A stretch of DNA of 64,000 nt, from assembly GCA_046758745.1 (NCBI GenBank), contig JBHIAV010000004.1, positions 1-64,000 on the forward strand, given 5' to 3'. This DNA is from Gemmatimonadota bacterium. GTDB lineage: Bacteria > Gemmatimonadota > Gemmatimonadetes > Palauibacterales > Palauibacteraceae. The translations under genes were made by a program, and so were the position numbers. The notes under the pieces are model-generated. The model worked only from the letters and a program-made list of their open reading frames with translations. It was not told the DNA's origin and ran no database searches. Shown here in pieces: positions 21,915 to 32,079 of this stretch. Positions within the stretch are counted from its first letter, which is position 1, and every line of letters begins with the position of its first letter.

Positions 21915-23426
21915 CTACAGCGTGCCGGGCACCTTGATCCGGGCGAACACCAGCGCATCCCCCTCCCCCGGATCCACCGCCACGGCGACCTCGGTGCCGA
22001 GCAGGCGCGCGCCGAAGCTCACGTTCTGCTCGAAGCGTGGGGTCCTCCCCTCCTCCCACGCGGTCCCGATCGAGCCCCGCGCGAAGAGCCGGGGAGTGCC
22101 GAGCGGTCCGAGCCGGAGGGCTCGAACCGGGATCAGGTAGGTGACCTGTCCGAAGAGAAGCCTCGGGCCGCGCAGCCCGAGGACCGGAAAGGTCGGCAAC
22201 GTCATGCGCCCGCCCAGCCCGGACCAGCGCTGCCGGGGAAGCGTGCCGGCCAGATCGCCCCTTCCGATGCCGAACAGCTCGAGCGAGTGATCGAGGAACG
22301 CCCCACCCTCCCATAGGACCTGCCCCTCTATGAGCAGGAAGGAGAAATCCCCGGCCACGGTCGAGTCGGCGGCCTCGAGGGCCAGCCGCGCCGAGAGGCG
22401 GGCGTTCGGAGTCCGGCGCCGTATCTTCAAGGCGGCCGTGGCGCTCCACGTGTCCCCCTCGTCGATCACGGGGTTCAGGCGCGCGGCGTCCTCTCCGAAG
22501 AAGACGGTCTGCGAGCGCGCCTCCAGCGACCGTGCGTCCTCCCACTGAACGGTCAGCGACGGCGTCCACTCCTGCACCCGCGCCACCACGAACGCCGCGC
22601 GATCGGCCCGGTAGTAATCGCGAAAGTCGTCCCCGACGAACAGGTAGGAGAAAGAATTGAGGGCATCGCCGCGCATCCACTCGTCGTGGGAGCGGGTGGC
22701 CCGTTCCACCTCGAAGCCGAACTGCCATTCTGCCGTCGGATGCCAGAACTGGCGAAGCGTGCCCTCGAGCTCCCCCTGCTCGGTATGGAAGCGGCCGATC
22801 AGCTCAAGGCTCGGCTGCCACGCGAGCCCCGTCGCCCGCGCGATCCCTCCCCACGCGAAGGTCCACTCGTTGACCCGCTGATAAGTCGGCAGCCGGAGGC
22901 CGTACAGGCCGTGCAGATCCAGCGCCGGTGGAACCTCCTCCACCGGGTAGATCAGGTACCCCCCGGCCTTCGGCATCACGCGGTACGCGTCGGTCGGACG
23001 ATAGGTCACCTTCCCTTTCGTCGTAGCGAGCTGCGATCCGTAGTAGCCACCCCCCAACACGACCACCTCCCCGGCGATGCGAGCGCCCGGCCGAAGGAAG
23101 AGGTCGCCATCCACCACGTACACGCTCCCCTCGATCCGGCCTGCGATGCGCACGGCCGCCTCGAGGACGAGCAGGCTTCCCGCCACCGTGTCGGTGGCCA
23201 GGAGCACGGTGTCCCGCGTCCATACGGAGTAGGGCTCCCGGTCGAGGAACGCCTCGAGCCGACGCTCCACGGGATGGTCGGTTCGCGGGGTGAACTCGAT
23301 CTCCTGCGCGCAGGCCGTATGCGCGACGACCGACAGCCCGAGCAACGCCGCGACGCAACCGACGACCGACAGCCCGAGCAGCCCCACCGCACTCGCGACG
23401 ACGGGACGGGCTCTCACGGCCGCCAC
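21915..23426 (-). CDS. Putative outer-membrane protein: bactofilin-like beta-helix followed by a beta-barrel-like region
   Basis: Signal peptide ending AHTACA-Q; 'GRIEGSVYVVDGDLFLRPGARIAGEVVVLGG'; amphipathic beta strands downstream; GGAGG upstream of GTG 23426. Confidence 0.6.
   Translation of the reverse strand: MAAVRARPVVASAVGLLGLSVVGCVAALLGLSVVAHTACAQEIEFTPRTDHPVERRLEAFLDREPYSVWTRDTVLLATDTVAGSLLVLEAAVRIAGRIEGSVYVVDGDLFLRPGARIAGEVVVLGGGYYGSQLATTKGKVTYRPTDAYRVMPKAGGYLIYPVEEVPPALDLHGLYGLRLPTYQRVNEWTFAWGGIARATGLAWQPSLELIGRFHTEQGELEGTLRQFWHPTAEWQFGFEVERATRSHDEWMRGDALNSFSYLFVGDDFRDYYRADRAAFVVARVQEWTPSLTVQWEDARSLEARSQTVFFGEDAARLNPVIDEGDTWSATAALKIRRRTPNARLSARLALEAADSTVAGDFSFLLIEGQVLWEGGAFLDHSLELFGIGRGDLAGTLPRQRWSGLGGRMTLPTFPVLGLRGPRLLFGQVTYLIPVRALRLGPLGTPRLFARGSIGTAWEEGRTPRFEQNVSFGARLLGTEVAVAVDPGEGDALVFARIKVPGTL
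23324..23380. repeat. 36-bp period duplication (21 identical bp) in the signal peptide
   Basis: cgacgaccgacagcccgagca at 23324-23344 and 23360-23380; encodes LLGLSVV twice. Confidence 0.85.
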
Positions 23427-23965
23427 GCGCTCCCTCCCCGCTCGTCCCAGCGCTCCCACGCGATCACCTCCTCACGCTTCCGCCGCGCCGTGAGTTGCTC
23501 GAACCCCTCCGGATATCCGAGCGCGAGGATGGAGACGATCGGAACGTCGTTCGGGATCCCCAGAAGAGCGCGCACGGCCGGCTCCCGGTAGCCCGTGATC
23601 CAGCTCGCCGTGATGCCCATGTCCGCTGCGGCCAGCACCATGCTCTGGGTGGCGGCCGCCACGTCGACCGGATGGCTGGGACGGCCGTTTCCGCTCACAT
23701 GCGAGTGGATTCGGGCGCACGCGAGGACGAGGACCGGCGCCGTCTGCACGTGCGGGTGGTTGAACGCCGCGGCGGCGATCTGATGGCGGGTCAGCGCATC
23801 CTGTACGACCACGAAGCGCCACGGCTGCGCCTCCTTCGCGGAGGGCGCGTGACAGCCACATTCGAGGATGCGTGTGAGCGAGTCTGGCGGGATCCGACGA
23901 TCGGCGAAACGGCGAACCGCCTGTCTGTTGCGTGCCAGACTGAGGACCCGGGAGGAGTAGCTCAT
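23414..23965 (-). CDS. Nitroreductase family protein
   Basis: 'RQAVRRF', 'APSAKEAQPWRFVVV', 'LALGYP'. Confidence 0.9.
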   Translation of the reverse strand: MSYSSRVLSLARNRQAVRRFADRRIPPDSLTRILECGCHAPSAKEAQPWRFVVVQDALTRHQIAAAAFNHPHVQTAPVLVLACARIHSHVSGNGRPSHPVDVAAATQSMVLAAADMGITASWITGYREPAVRALLGIPNDVPIVSILALGYPEGFEQLTARRKREEVIAWERWDERGGSAWRP

Positions 23966-23969
23966 CGAC

Positions 23970-24896
23970 TCACCCCCTGGGATGGAACTGCCGGTGCACG
24001 TCCCGGAGGTAACCGCGGTCCACGTGCGTATAGATCTGCGTCGTAGAGATATCGGCGTGTCCGAGCATCTCCTGCACCGCGGCTAGATCGGCGCCACCCT
24101 CCAGCAAATGCGTGGCAAAGCTGTGGCGAAACGTGTGAGGGGTGACCCGCCTCCCGACGCCGGCTCGTTCCACGATCCGCCGCACGATCTTCCAGGCTCC
24201 CATGCGGCTGAGCCGTCGACCGTGGCGATTGAGGAAGACGATGCCCTCGGAGCGTCCCCGATCCAGTCGCGGCCTCAACTCCTCAAGGTAGCGGCCGAGT
24301 GCATCCGTCGCACGTCCGCCGATCGGGATCAGACGCTGCTTCGATCCCTTTCCCATCACGCTCAAGAGTCCCTCCTCGAGGATGATGTCGCGCACCCGGA
24401 GGCCGACCAGCTCGGAGACACGCAGCCCGGCCCCGTACAGGACCTCGAGTATCGCGCGGTCGCGAAAAGCCAGCGGATCTTCCGGGCGCACCGCCGCCAG
24501 GATGCGCTCGACCTCAGCCACCGAGAGCACGTCGGGAAGGGGACGCCCGAGCCGCGGAGACTCGAGCAGCTCGGTCGGATCCGCTCCGACCAGACCTTCC
24601 TCGACGAGGAAGGCGAAATAGGCGCGCAACGAGGAGAGCGTGCGTGCCAGGCTTCGGGTCGCCAATCCGCGCTCGAACAGGTGGACGACGAACTCGCGCA
24701 GAAGATCGTGGTTCACCACCGCCGGGTCGCGCCGACCACGCGCCGCGGCGAAGCGGGCGAGCTTCAGGCAGTCGTGTAGGTAGGCCGCCTGGGTGCGATC
24801 CGAGAGCCCTCGCTCGAAGCGCAGGTAGTCGGCAAACGGTTCGAGGTGGAAGCGCCGCTCCAGCTCTCCGTCGCCGGAGGCACCCCTCTCGCTCAT
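23970..24896 (-). CDS. xerD: Chromosome-dimer tyrosine recombinase
   Basis: 'LYGAGLRVSEL', 'GKGSKQR', 'HTFRHSFATHLLEGGADL', 'LGHADISTTQIYTH'; ATG at 24896 overlaps the dedA stop. Confidence 0.92.
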   Translation of the reverse strand: MSERGASGDGELERRFHLEPFADYLRFERGLSDRTQAAYLHDCLKLARFAAARGRRDPAVVNHDLLREFVVHLFERGLATRSLARTLSSLRAYFAFLVEEGLVGADPTELLESPRLGRPLPDVLSVAEVERILAAVRPEDPLAFRDRAILEVLYGAGLRVSELVGLRVRDIILEEGLLSVMGKGSKQRLIPIGGRATDALGRYLEELRPRLDRGRSEGIVFLNRHGRRLSRMGAWKIVRRIVERAGVGRRVTPHTFRHSFATHLLEGGADLAAVQEMLGHADISTTQIYTHVDRGYLRDVHRQFHPRG

Positions 24897-25507
24897 CGCC
24901 TCCGGGTTCGCCACCACCAGTAGAAGACCGCCGCCGCCACGAGAAGGGCTACGAACAGGAACGTGCTGTTCACTGCCTGGACCATTCTCATGATGCGCGG
25001 GATGTTTCGCGATGCGAGGATCCCGACGCCCACCAGCAGGCCGTACCATGCGGCCGAGGCGAGCCCGAGCGGGATGGCGGTGCGCCAGAAGCCGAGCCCG
25101 CTGATCCCGGCGAAGGCGGGTACCAGGACTCGGAAGACCGGGAAGAAGCGGCTGACCAGGACCGTGATCGTCCCGTATTCGGCGTAGAAAGCATCCATCC
25201 GCCGTAGCTGCTCGGGGCGAAGAAGCCAGCGCCCCCACCGGGTGGTGAAGATCCCGCGCCCGTAGCGGCGAGACGCGAGAAAGACGGCGAGGGCAAGAAC
25301 AAGATTGCTCAGCCAGGCCACCCCGAACACCGTCCCTCCGCTCAGCACGCCACGGTCCGCGAGCAGCCCGCCGAGGATGACGAAGGTGTCCGAAGGGATG
25401 GGCGGGAAAAGATTCTCGACCGCCGCGCCGACGCCGACGAGAAGGTACACCGTCTCCACCGGTATGCGGCCTAGCAGGCCGAGGAGGAAATCGATCTGGT
25501 CGTGCAC
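24893..25507 (-). CDS. DedA-family membrane protein
   Basis: 'ENLFPPIPSD', 'SRFFPVFR', 'AGISGL'. Confidence 0.9.
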   Translation of the reverse strand: MHDQIDFLLGLLGRIPVETVYLLVGVGAAVENLFPPIPSDTFVILGGLLADRGVLSGGTVFGVAWLSNLVLALAVFLASRRYGRGIFTTRWGRWLLRPEQLRRMDAFYAEYGTITVLVSRFFPVFRVLVPAFAGISGLGFWRTAIPLGLASAAWYGLLVGVGILASRNIPRIMRMVQAVNSTFLFVALLVAAAVFYWWWRTRRR

Positions 25508-25526
25508 GGATGTCTCGCGGAGCTCC

Positions 25527-26036
25527 TCAGGAACGCGCGCCGCCGTGGTGTGACGTCGAGCCCCCTGCGTCGTCGATGAGGACGACCGCGATGGCGGCCA
25601 GCCCTTCGCGCCTGCCGACCCAACCCATGCCCTCGTTTCTCTTTCCCTTCACCGATACGCAGCGAGCGTCGATCCGGAGCCGTTCGGAGAGCGCTAGTTT
25701 CATCCTCGCGGTGTGCGGCAGGATCTTCGGGCTCTCCGCGATCACCGTCACGTCCACGTTGACCACGCAATACCCCTGTTCGGTCACGAGCCGGACCGCG
25801 GTGGAGAGCAGTTCCAGGGAGTCGGCCCCGCTGTAGGCCGGGTCGGTATCCGGAAAGCGCTCGCCGATGCTGCCCAGCCCCGCGGCGCCCAGGAGAGCGT
25901 CGATCACCGCGTGCGCCACGGCGTCCCCATCGGAATGACCCGACAGGCCCGGGTGATCCGGGATATGCACCCCGCCGAGGATGAGGCGGACAGCCGGATC
26001 GAACCGGTGGGAGTCGTACCCGATGCCGACGCGCAC
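25527..26036 (-). CDS. ispF: 2-C-methyl-D-erythritol 2,4-cyclodiphosphate synthase
   Basis: 'RVGIGYDSHRF', 'GHSDGDAVAHA', 'FPDTDP'. Confidence 0.96.
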   Translation of the reverse strand: MRVGIGYDSHRFDPAVRLILGGVHIPDHPGLSGHSDGDAVAHAVIDALLGAAGLGSIGERFPDTDPAYSGADSLELLSTAVRLVTEQGYCVVNVDVTVIAESPKILPHTARMKLALSERLRIDARCVSVKGKRNEGMGWVGRREGLAAIAVVLIDDAGGSTSHHGGARS

Positions 26037-26065
26037 CTGGGGGAGGCCGGCCGAGCGGGTGACGA

Positions 26066-26482
26066 TCAGGCCGGCACGCGGGCCAGCCGTAGAATGCGGA
26101 CGGCCAGGTGGGCGGCGTTCTTCGAGTTGTTGATGCCCACCGTCGCGACGGGCACACCGGGCGGCATCTGAACCGTGGAGAGGAGGGCATCCATCCCGCC
26201 GAGTGTCCCCGCGGCGATCGGTACACCGATGACAGGGAGGTCCGTGTGAGCAGCCACCATGCCCGGCAGCGCGGCGGAGAGCCCGGCCCCGCAGATGATG
26301 ACCGAGAAGCCCCGGCTCGCCGCGCCCGAAGCGAGATCGATGGTGCCGCGTGGGTCGCGGTGCGCGCTACTCACCTCGAACCGGACATCGATCCCACTGC
26401 GCATCAGGACTTCCAGTCCCCCCTCCATGACCGGGCGGTCCGAGTCGGATCCGACGAGCACGAGCACCTTCCCGGCCGGCAT
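26066..26482 (-). CDS. purE: PurE-family N5-CAIR mutase / AIR carboxylase (short form)
   Basis: 'GSDSD', 'SAHRDP', 'AGLSAALPG', 'VQMPPGVPVATV'. Confidence 0.93.
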   Translation of the reverse strand: MPAGKVLVLVGSDSDRPVMEGGLEVLMRSGIDVRFEVSSAHRDPRGTIDLASGAASRGFSVIICGAGLSAALPGMVAAHTDLPVIGVPIAAGTLGGMDALLSTVQMPPGVPVATVGINNSKNAAHLAVRILRLARVPA

Positions 26483-26483
26483 G

Positions 26484-27602
26484 TCAGGCGGCCCGCCGAC
26501 CGAGACACACCCGACAGCCGCAGTACCAGTCGAGGTTCGGGTCCACCGGCGAGTAGTCCTGGTACCGGGAAAGCGGCTCGAATCCCGCTTCCTCGATGAG
26601 TCGTACGATGTCCGCCTGCGGCATGATGAAGTCGGTTCCGGCCGCCGATACCACGTTCTCCTCCATCATCAGCGATCCGAAGTCGTTGCACCCGAAGTGC
26701 AGGGCGATCTGCGCCACCTTCGGACCCTGGGTGACATAGCTCACCTGGAAGTTCCGGATGTTGTGGATGACGATGCGAGAGATCGCCACCGTCTTCAGGT
26801 ATTCCGTCGCGGTGGCCTCGGGCATGCCCTCCAGCTCGGTGCCGCTCGCTTGGAGCGTCCATGGGATGAACGCGGTGAAGCCGCCGGTCTCGGCCTGGAG
26901 GTCCCGGATGCGCAGCATGTGCTCGACCCGGTCCTCTCGGGTCTCGCCGGCCCCGAACATCATCGTCGCCGAGCTCAGCAGTCCCTTCTCATGCACGGTG
27001 CGGTGGATGTCGACCCACCTCGCCGTGTCGATCTTCTTCTTCGCGATCTCGTGCCGCACCCGGTCGACCAGGATCTCGGCTCCCGCTCCCGGGACGGAGT
27101 CGAGCCCCGCATCACGGAGCTCCTCGATGACCTCTCCCACGCCGATCCGATGTACCCGCGCAATGATGTCCAGCTCGGAAGCCGAGAAGCCGTGCACGTG
27201 GATGGGGTGGAACGCCTTTATGAACTCGAGGAGCCCCGTGTAGTAGTCGAGCTTGAGGTACGGGTTGTGTCCCCCCTGCATGAGGATCTGAACTGCGCCG
27301 ATCTTCTTCGCCTCCTCGATCTTGACGCCGATCTCCTCTTTCGACAGCACGTAACCCTCGGGGTGGCCGGGCCGCCGGTAGAACGCGCAGAACGTGCAGT
27401 CGGTGACGCACACGTTCGTGTAGTTGATGTTCCGGTCGAGGATGTACGTGACCTGGACCGGCGGACTCGCTCGGAGACGCACCTCGTGCGCACGCGCCGC
27501 GAGCTCGAGGAGCGGGAGCTCGTACAAGGCTGCGTACTCCGACAGCTCCGCCGGGTCGATCCGGCGCAGCGCACGGCGGGGAGGGGCCATGCTCACTGCC
27601 AC
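26484..27602 (-). CDS. mqnC: Cyclic dehypoxanthine futalosine synthase (radical SAM)
   Basis: 'DRNINYTNVCVTDCTFCAF', 'LMQGG', 'FTAFIPW', 'NDFGSLMMEENVVSAAG'. Confidence 0.92.
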   Translation of the reverse strand: MAVSMAPPRRALRRIDPAELSEYAALYELPLLELAARAHEVRLRASPPVQVTYILDRNINYTNVCVTDCTFCAFYRRPGHPEGYVLSKEEIGVKIEEAKKIGAVQILMQGGHNPYLKLDYYTGLLEFIKAFHPIHVHGFSASELDIIARVHRIGVGEVIEELRDAGLDSVPGAGAEILVDRVRHEIAKKKIDTARWVDIHRTVHEKGLLSSATMMFGAGETREDRVEHMLRIRDLQAETGGFTAFIPWTLQASGTELEGMPEATATEYLKTVAISRIVIHNIRNFQVSYVTQGPKVAQIALHFGCNDFGSLMMEENVVSAAGTDFIMPQADIVRLIEEAGFEPLSRYQDYSPVDPNLDWYCGCRVCLGRRAA

Positions 27603-28789
27603 ACGGCCACCTCGTTGTACAGGGAATCTCGTTCCACCGGCCGCTTTCCCGCTTCTCGGATGAGCCGCGCGATCTCACCCAGGTCCATGCGGAGTGGGGT
27701 CTCGGCGCCCGCCGCGTGCGTGATCTTCTCGAGGACGACCGTCCCCTCCAGGTCGTCGACCCCGAAATCGAGCGCGATCTGCGACACCCGGGTGGTGACC
27801 ATGATCCAGTGGGTCTTGATGTGATCCAGGTTGTCGAGCACCAGTCGTCCCACCGCGAGCGCTTTGAGGTCGTCCACCCCTCCCGTACGCGTCCCTTCCC
27901 GTCCGAGGCTCCTTCCGAGCTCGTTCCCATCCGGGTGCCAGGCGAGCGGAATGAAGGTGCTGAATCCTTCCGTCTCGTCCTGCAGCTCCCGCAGGAGGAG
28001 AAGGTGATCCACCCGATCGGCGAAGCTCTCGATGTGCCCGTAGAGGAGAGTGCAGTTGGTCGGGATGCCGAGCTGGTGAGCTTCGCGATGGACGCGGAGC
28101 CACTCATCGGCTACGAGCTTGCGATCCGCGATGGTCGCCCGAACCGCGGAGCCGAACACCTCCGCCCCACCGCCCGGCATCGTGTCCAGACCGGCCGCCT
28201 TGAGCTCTTCGAGCACCTGGAGCGTGGTGATCCCCTCGATCCGGGCCAAGTGTGCGATCTCCACGGCGGTGAGAGCCTTCACCTGCACGCTCGGGTGACG
28301 CTCCTTCAGACCGCGCACCATGTCCGTGTAGTAGGAGAGGCGTAGCTTGGGGTGCAATCCCCCGACGATGTGAAACTCTCGCGTTGGGGCCAGACGCGCC
28401 GCCTCCGCCTCCTCGAACACCTCATCGAGGGACATCGTGTACGCCTCCGCCGCCGTGGGCCGCACGCCGTATGAGCAGAACACGCACACCTTGTTCAGGA
28501 TGCAGACGTTTGTGGGGTTGATGTGCTGGTTCGCGACGAAGAAGACGCGGTCTCCGTTCTTCCGGCGGTTGGTCAGATCGGCGAGCGCCCCGATCGCAAG
28601 GAGGTCGTGCGATTCGAAGAGGGTGATCCCATCAGCCCGGCTCAGTCGCTCGCCGGCCAGTACCTTTTCGGCGATCGGCACGAGGCGTGGATCGCGCGGC
28701 AGGGGGCGAAGGCCCGCCTCCCGCAGGGCCTCGGCTACGGCGATCACGGGTGCGGTCCTCTTCGGCCGGCGCGTGCTTCCCCTCCCCAC
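27593..28789 (-). CDS. mqnE: Aminofutalosine synthase (radical SAM)
   Basis: 'HINPTNVC...CVFC', 'HIVGGLHP', 'KALTAVEI', 'MPGGGAE', 'EKITHAAG'; start uncertain. Confidence 0.92.
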   Translation of the reverse strand: MGRGSTRRPKRTAPVIAVAEALREAGLRPLPRDPRLVPIAEKVLAGERLSRADGITLFESHDLLAIGALADLTNRRKNGDRVFFVANQHINPTNVCILNKVCVFCSYGVRPTAAEAYTMSLDEVFEEAEAARLAPTREFHIVGGLHPKLRLSYYTDMVRGLKERHPSVQVKALTAVEIAHLARIEGITTLQVLEELKAAGLDTMPGGGAEVFGSAVRATIADRKLVADEWLRVHREAHQLGIPTNCTLLYGHIESFADRVDHLLLLRELQDETEGFSTFIPLAWHPDGNELGRSLGREGTRTGGVDDLKALAVGRLVLDNLDHIKTHWIMVTTRVSQIALDFGVDDLEGTVVLEKITHAAGAETPLRMDLGEIARLIREAGKRPVERDSLYNEVAVWQ

Positions 28790-28817
28790 ACCGAGCGCCT
28801 CCCCATCCTCCTTCGGT

Positions 28818-30104
28818 TCATCGATTCTCCGCCCACTCGCGCAGGACGAGGGTCACGTTGTGCCCACCGAAGCCGAACGAGTTGGAGAGGGCAACCCGAA
28901 CGGGGCGCTCGACCGGGCCTCCGTGAGCGTAGTCGAGATCACACTCCGGGTCCTGCTCTTCGAAATTGATGGTAGGTGGGATCACGTCGCACCGGCACAC
29001 GAGGGCGGCGATCGCTGCCTCGATCGCTCCCGACGCTCCGAGGGTGTGACCTATCATGGACTTGGTCGAGCCGACGACCATGTCGTACGCATGGTCGCCG
29101 AACACGGTCTTGATGGCGGCCGTCTCGGTCGCATCGTTGGCTGGGGTCGAAGTGCCGTGCGCGTTGATGTAATCCACCTGCGTAGGCTGGATGGCGGCGT
29201 CGTTCAGGGCTTCGCGCATGGCGAGCTGCGCCCCTGCCCCCTCGGGGGCCGGTGCGGTCATGTGGTAGGCGTCGGCGCTTTGCCCGAAACCGATCAGCTC
29301 AGCCAGGATGGTCGCCCCACGGGCACGCGCGTGCTCCAGGCTCTCCAGCACCAGCATGCCCGAACCTTCCCCGAGGACGAAGCCGTCCCGATGCTTGTCG
29401 AACGGACGCGACGCCCTCTCCGGGGCGTCATTGCGGGTCGAGAGCGCCTTCATCGACGCGAACCCGGCCATGCACAGAGGCGTGATCGTAGCCTCGGTGC
29501 CTCCGGCAATCATCACATCGGCCTCGCCCGTACGGATGGAACGAAACGCCAACCCAACCGCGTGGGCGCTCGACGAGCAGGCGGAGACGGTCGCGTAGTT
29601 GGGCCCTCTGGCACCGTACTTCATCGAGATCATACCGGCGGCCATGTCCGCGATGAACATGGGGATGAAGAAGGGAGAGACGCGCGCCGGCCCCTTGTCG
29701 AGCATCTTGATGTGCTGCTCCTCAAGGGTCGTCAGCCCCCCGATGCCGCTCCCCACGATCACTCCGACCCGGCCGGGGTCCATCCCGGTAAGGGCGTCCG
29801 CGATCCCCGACTCCTCGACCGCCTGGTGCGTCGTCGCCATGGCGAACTGCAGGAAGCGATCCGCGCGTCGTGCTTCCTTGCGATCCATGTACTCCTCGGC
29901 ATCGAAGCCCTTCACTTCACAGGCGAAGCGGACGGTCTGACCGAACGGATCGAAGAGCGTGACCGGCGCGGCGCCGCTCGTCCCGGCGAGCAGCGCCGAC
30001 CAGGTCGTCTCGGTGTCGTTCCCGATCGGTGTGACGAGGCCGAGCCCCGTCAGTACCACGCGGCGTTGCCCATCCCACCGCGCGTTCCCCCGAGATCCCG
30101 TCAA
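28818..30104 (-). CDS. fabF: Beta-ketoacyl-ACP synthase II
   Basis: 'RVVLTGLG', 'SACSS', 'NAHGTST', '[10 protein letters not shown]'. Confidence 0.97.
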   Translation of the reverse strand: MTGSRGNARWDGQRRVVLTGLGLVTPIGNDTETTWSALLAGTSGAAPVTLFDPFGQTVRFACEVKGFDAEEYMDRKEARRADRFLQFAMATTHQAVEESGIADALTGMDPGRVGVIVGSGIGGLTTLEEQHIKMLDKGPARVSPFFIPMFIADMAAGMISMKYGARGPNYATVSACSSSAHAVGLAFRSIRTGEADVMIAGGTEATITPLCMAGFASMKALSTRNDAPERASRPFDKHRDGFVLGEGSGMLVLESLEHARARGATILAELIGFGQSADAYHMTAPAPEGAGAQLAMREALNDAAIQPTQVDYINAHGTSTPANDATETAAIKTVFGDHAYDMVVGSTKSMIGHTLGASGAIEAAIAALVCRCDVIPPTINFEEQDPECDLDYAHGGPVERPVRVALSNSFGFGGHNVTLVLREWAENR

Positions 30105-30343
30105 GCCGACTCCTGCTTGCTCTCAAGGTACTTGATCGCCTCGCCGACGTGCTGCATCTGCTCGGCGTCTTCGTCCGGGATCTCGATGCCGAACTCCTCC
30201 TCGAACGCCATCACCAGCTCCACGGTGTCGAGAGAATCCGCCCCGAGATCGTCCACGAAGGCCGCGTCATCCGTCACTCTCTCCAGCTCGACGCCGAGCT
30301 CGTTGGCGATGATCTCCCTCACCCTGGCTGCCGTGTCGGACAT
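30101..30343 (-). CDS. acpP: Acyl carrier protein
   Basis: '[20 protein letters not shown]'. Confidence 0.98.
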   Translation of the reverse strand: MSDTAARVREIIANELGVELERVTDDAAFVDDLGADSLDTVELVMAFEEEFGIEIPDEDAEQMQHVGEAIKYLESKQESA

Positions 30344-30400
30344 GTGCCGCTCCCTTTCTCGAAGGAGGATGCTACAACCCGCACACTGTCGGAATCGAAC

Positions 30401-31138
30401 CTACATCACCATACCGCCATCGACGACGAACACCTGGCCGGTGATGTAGGACGCAGACGGCCCGACGAGGAAGCGCACCGTCCCGGCTACATCTCCGGGG
30501 GTCCCGAACCGGCCGAGCGGAATGCGGTCCAACAGTGCGGCCCGCGCCTCGTCGGAGAGCGCGGCGGTCATCTCGGTATCTATGAATCCGGGGGCTACCG
30601 CATTGGCCAGTATCTGGCGGCTCGCCAACTCCTGCGCCACCGACTTGGTCAGGCCGATGAGGCCCGCCTTGGAAGCCGCATAGTTGGCCTGCCCGCGGTT
30701 TCCCGTCAAGCCCACCACGCTGGCGATGTTCACGATGCGTCCATAGCGCCGCTTCATCATCCCTCGCGCCGCGGCTCGGATCATCGTGAAGGCGCCCCGG
30801 AGGTTCGTGTCCAGCACAGCGTCCCAGTCCTCGTCGCTCAGCCGCACCAGAACGTTGTCGCGGTTGATGCCGGCGTTGTTGACCAGGATGGCGACCGGGC
30901 CGAGCTCGGACTCCACCTGCTCGACGAGCCCGGCGCACGCCGTCGCGCCGGAGACATCGCATGCGAAGCCACGTCCGCCCGCCCCGCCGAGCGCAGCCGC
31001 TGCGTCGGCGGCCCTTCCTCCATCGCGCGCCACCACCGCCACCTCTGCACCGGCCACCGCCAGCTCCTCGGCGACCGCAAACCCGATCCCGCGCGAGGCG
31101 CCGGTCACGATGGCGACCTGTCCGTCGAGCTCAGGCAT
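30401..31138 (-). CDS. fabG: 3-oxoacyl-ACP reductase
   Basis: 'TGASRGIG', 'NNAGI', 'YAASKAG', 'NAVAPGFI'. Confidence 0.97.
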   Translation of the reverse strand: MPELDGQVAIVTGASRGIGFAVAEELAVAGAEVAVVARDGGRAADAAAALGGAGGRGFACDVSGATACAGLVEQVESELGPVAILVNNAGINRDNVLVRLSDEDWDAVLDTNLRGAFTMIRAAARGMMKRRYGRIVNIASVVGLTGNRGQANYAASKAGLIGLTKSVAQELASRQILANAVAPGFIDTEMTAALSDEARAALLDRIPLGRFGTPGDVAGTVRFLVGPSASYITGQVFVVDGGMVM

Positions 31139-32075
31139 CTCCGACGTCTCCAGCGAGAGTCTCGATCGACGTCGGATCTCCGACGGCCGTCACGGCGAGC
31201 GAGCGGTCGATCCGGCGCACCAGCCCGCTCAGCACGGTGCCGGGCCCGATCTCCAGCCACCGATCCGCGTCGAAGCTCCGCATCGTTTCGACGCATTCTA
31301 CCCACCGCACCGGGGACGTCAACTGCTCGATCAGCAGGCGAGCCGCGCCGCCCGCGTCGCGCACGGGAGTCGCCGAGGCATTGGCCACCACCGGGAAGCC
31401 AGGGTCTGCCAGAGGAACCTCGTGGAGCGCGCGGCGCAGGCCCTCGCGTGCCGCCTGCATGAGCGGCGAGTGGAAGGCGCCGCTCACGTTGAGGGGGATG
31501 ACCCGCCGCGCGCCGCGCGCCAACGCCTGCTCTTCGGCCCGGGCGACGGCATCCACCTCCCCGCTGACCACCACCTGCCCCGGCGCGTTGAGGTTGGCAG
31601 GAACGACGGTCCCGCGCGACGCCTCGCAAGCCGCTCGAACGGCGTCCGGATCCAGCCCGATCACGGCCGCCATCGTTCCCGGCCGCGCCTTCCCGGCCGC
31701 GGCCATCAGCTCCCCGCGTCGCCGAACGAGGCGAAGGGCATCTGCGAACGAGAGCGTCCCCGCCGCCACATAGGCCGAGAACTCGCCGACGGAGTGGCCA
31801 GCCGCCACGACCACTCGATCGCGGATGGTCGGCGGGAGCGCCCGCCACACCGCGTAGCTGTGCAGGAGGATCGCCGGCTGCGCGTTGTCGGTGCGGGTGA
31901 GGATCTGCTCGGGCCCCTCCCAGCAGATGCGGCTCAGCGGATAAGCGAGGATGTCGTCCGCCTCGGCGTACAGGTCGCGAATCTCGGCCGACGCCTCGGC
32001 CAGCTCACGCCCCATGCCGACGAACTGCGATCCCTGACCCGGGAGAAGGAGCGCGACCCGCGACGCCCCGCTCAT
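31131..32075 (-). CDS. fabD: Malonyl-CoA-ACP transacylase
   Basis: 'PGQGSQ', 'GHSVGE', 'VSGAFHSPLM'; ATG at 32075. Confidence 0.96.
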   Translation of the reverse strand: MSGASRVALLLPGQGSQFVGMGRELAEASAEIRDLYAEADDILAYPLSRICWEGPEQILTRTDNAQPAILLHSYAVWRALPPTIRDRVVVAAGHSVGEFSAYVAAGTLSFADALRLVRRRGELMAAAGKARPGTMAAVIGLDPDAVRAACEASRGTVVPANLNAPGQVVVSGEVDAVARAEEQALARGARRVIPLNVSGAFHSPLMQAAREGLRRALHEVPLADPGFPVVANASATPVRDAGGAARLLIEQLTSPVRWVECVETMRSFDADRWLEIGPGTVLSGLVRRIDRSLAVTAVGDPTSIETLAGDVGDA

Positions 32076-32079
32076 CTGC

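Noticed and set aside
23970-24896. Tyrosine recombinase as a phage or island integrase
   Set aside because: XerD-type motifs, embedded among housekeeping genes, no att/tRNA or phage genes.
26484-32075. Radical SAM + KS/ACP genes as a secondary-metabolite cluster
   Set aside because: The motifs match MqnC/MqnE and the primary FabD/G/F/AcpP set.
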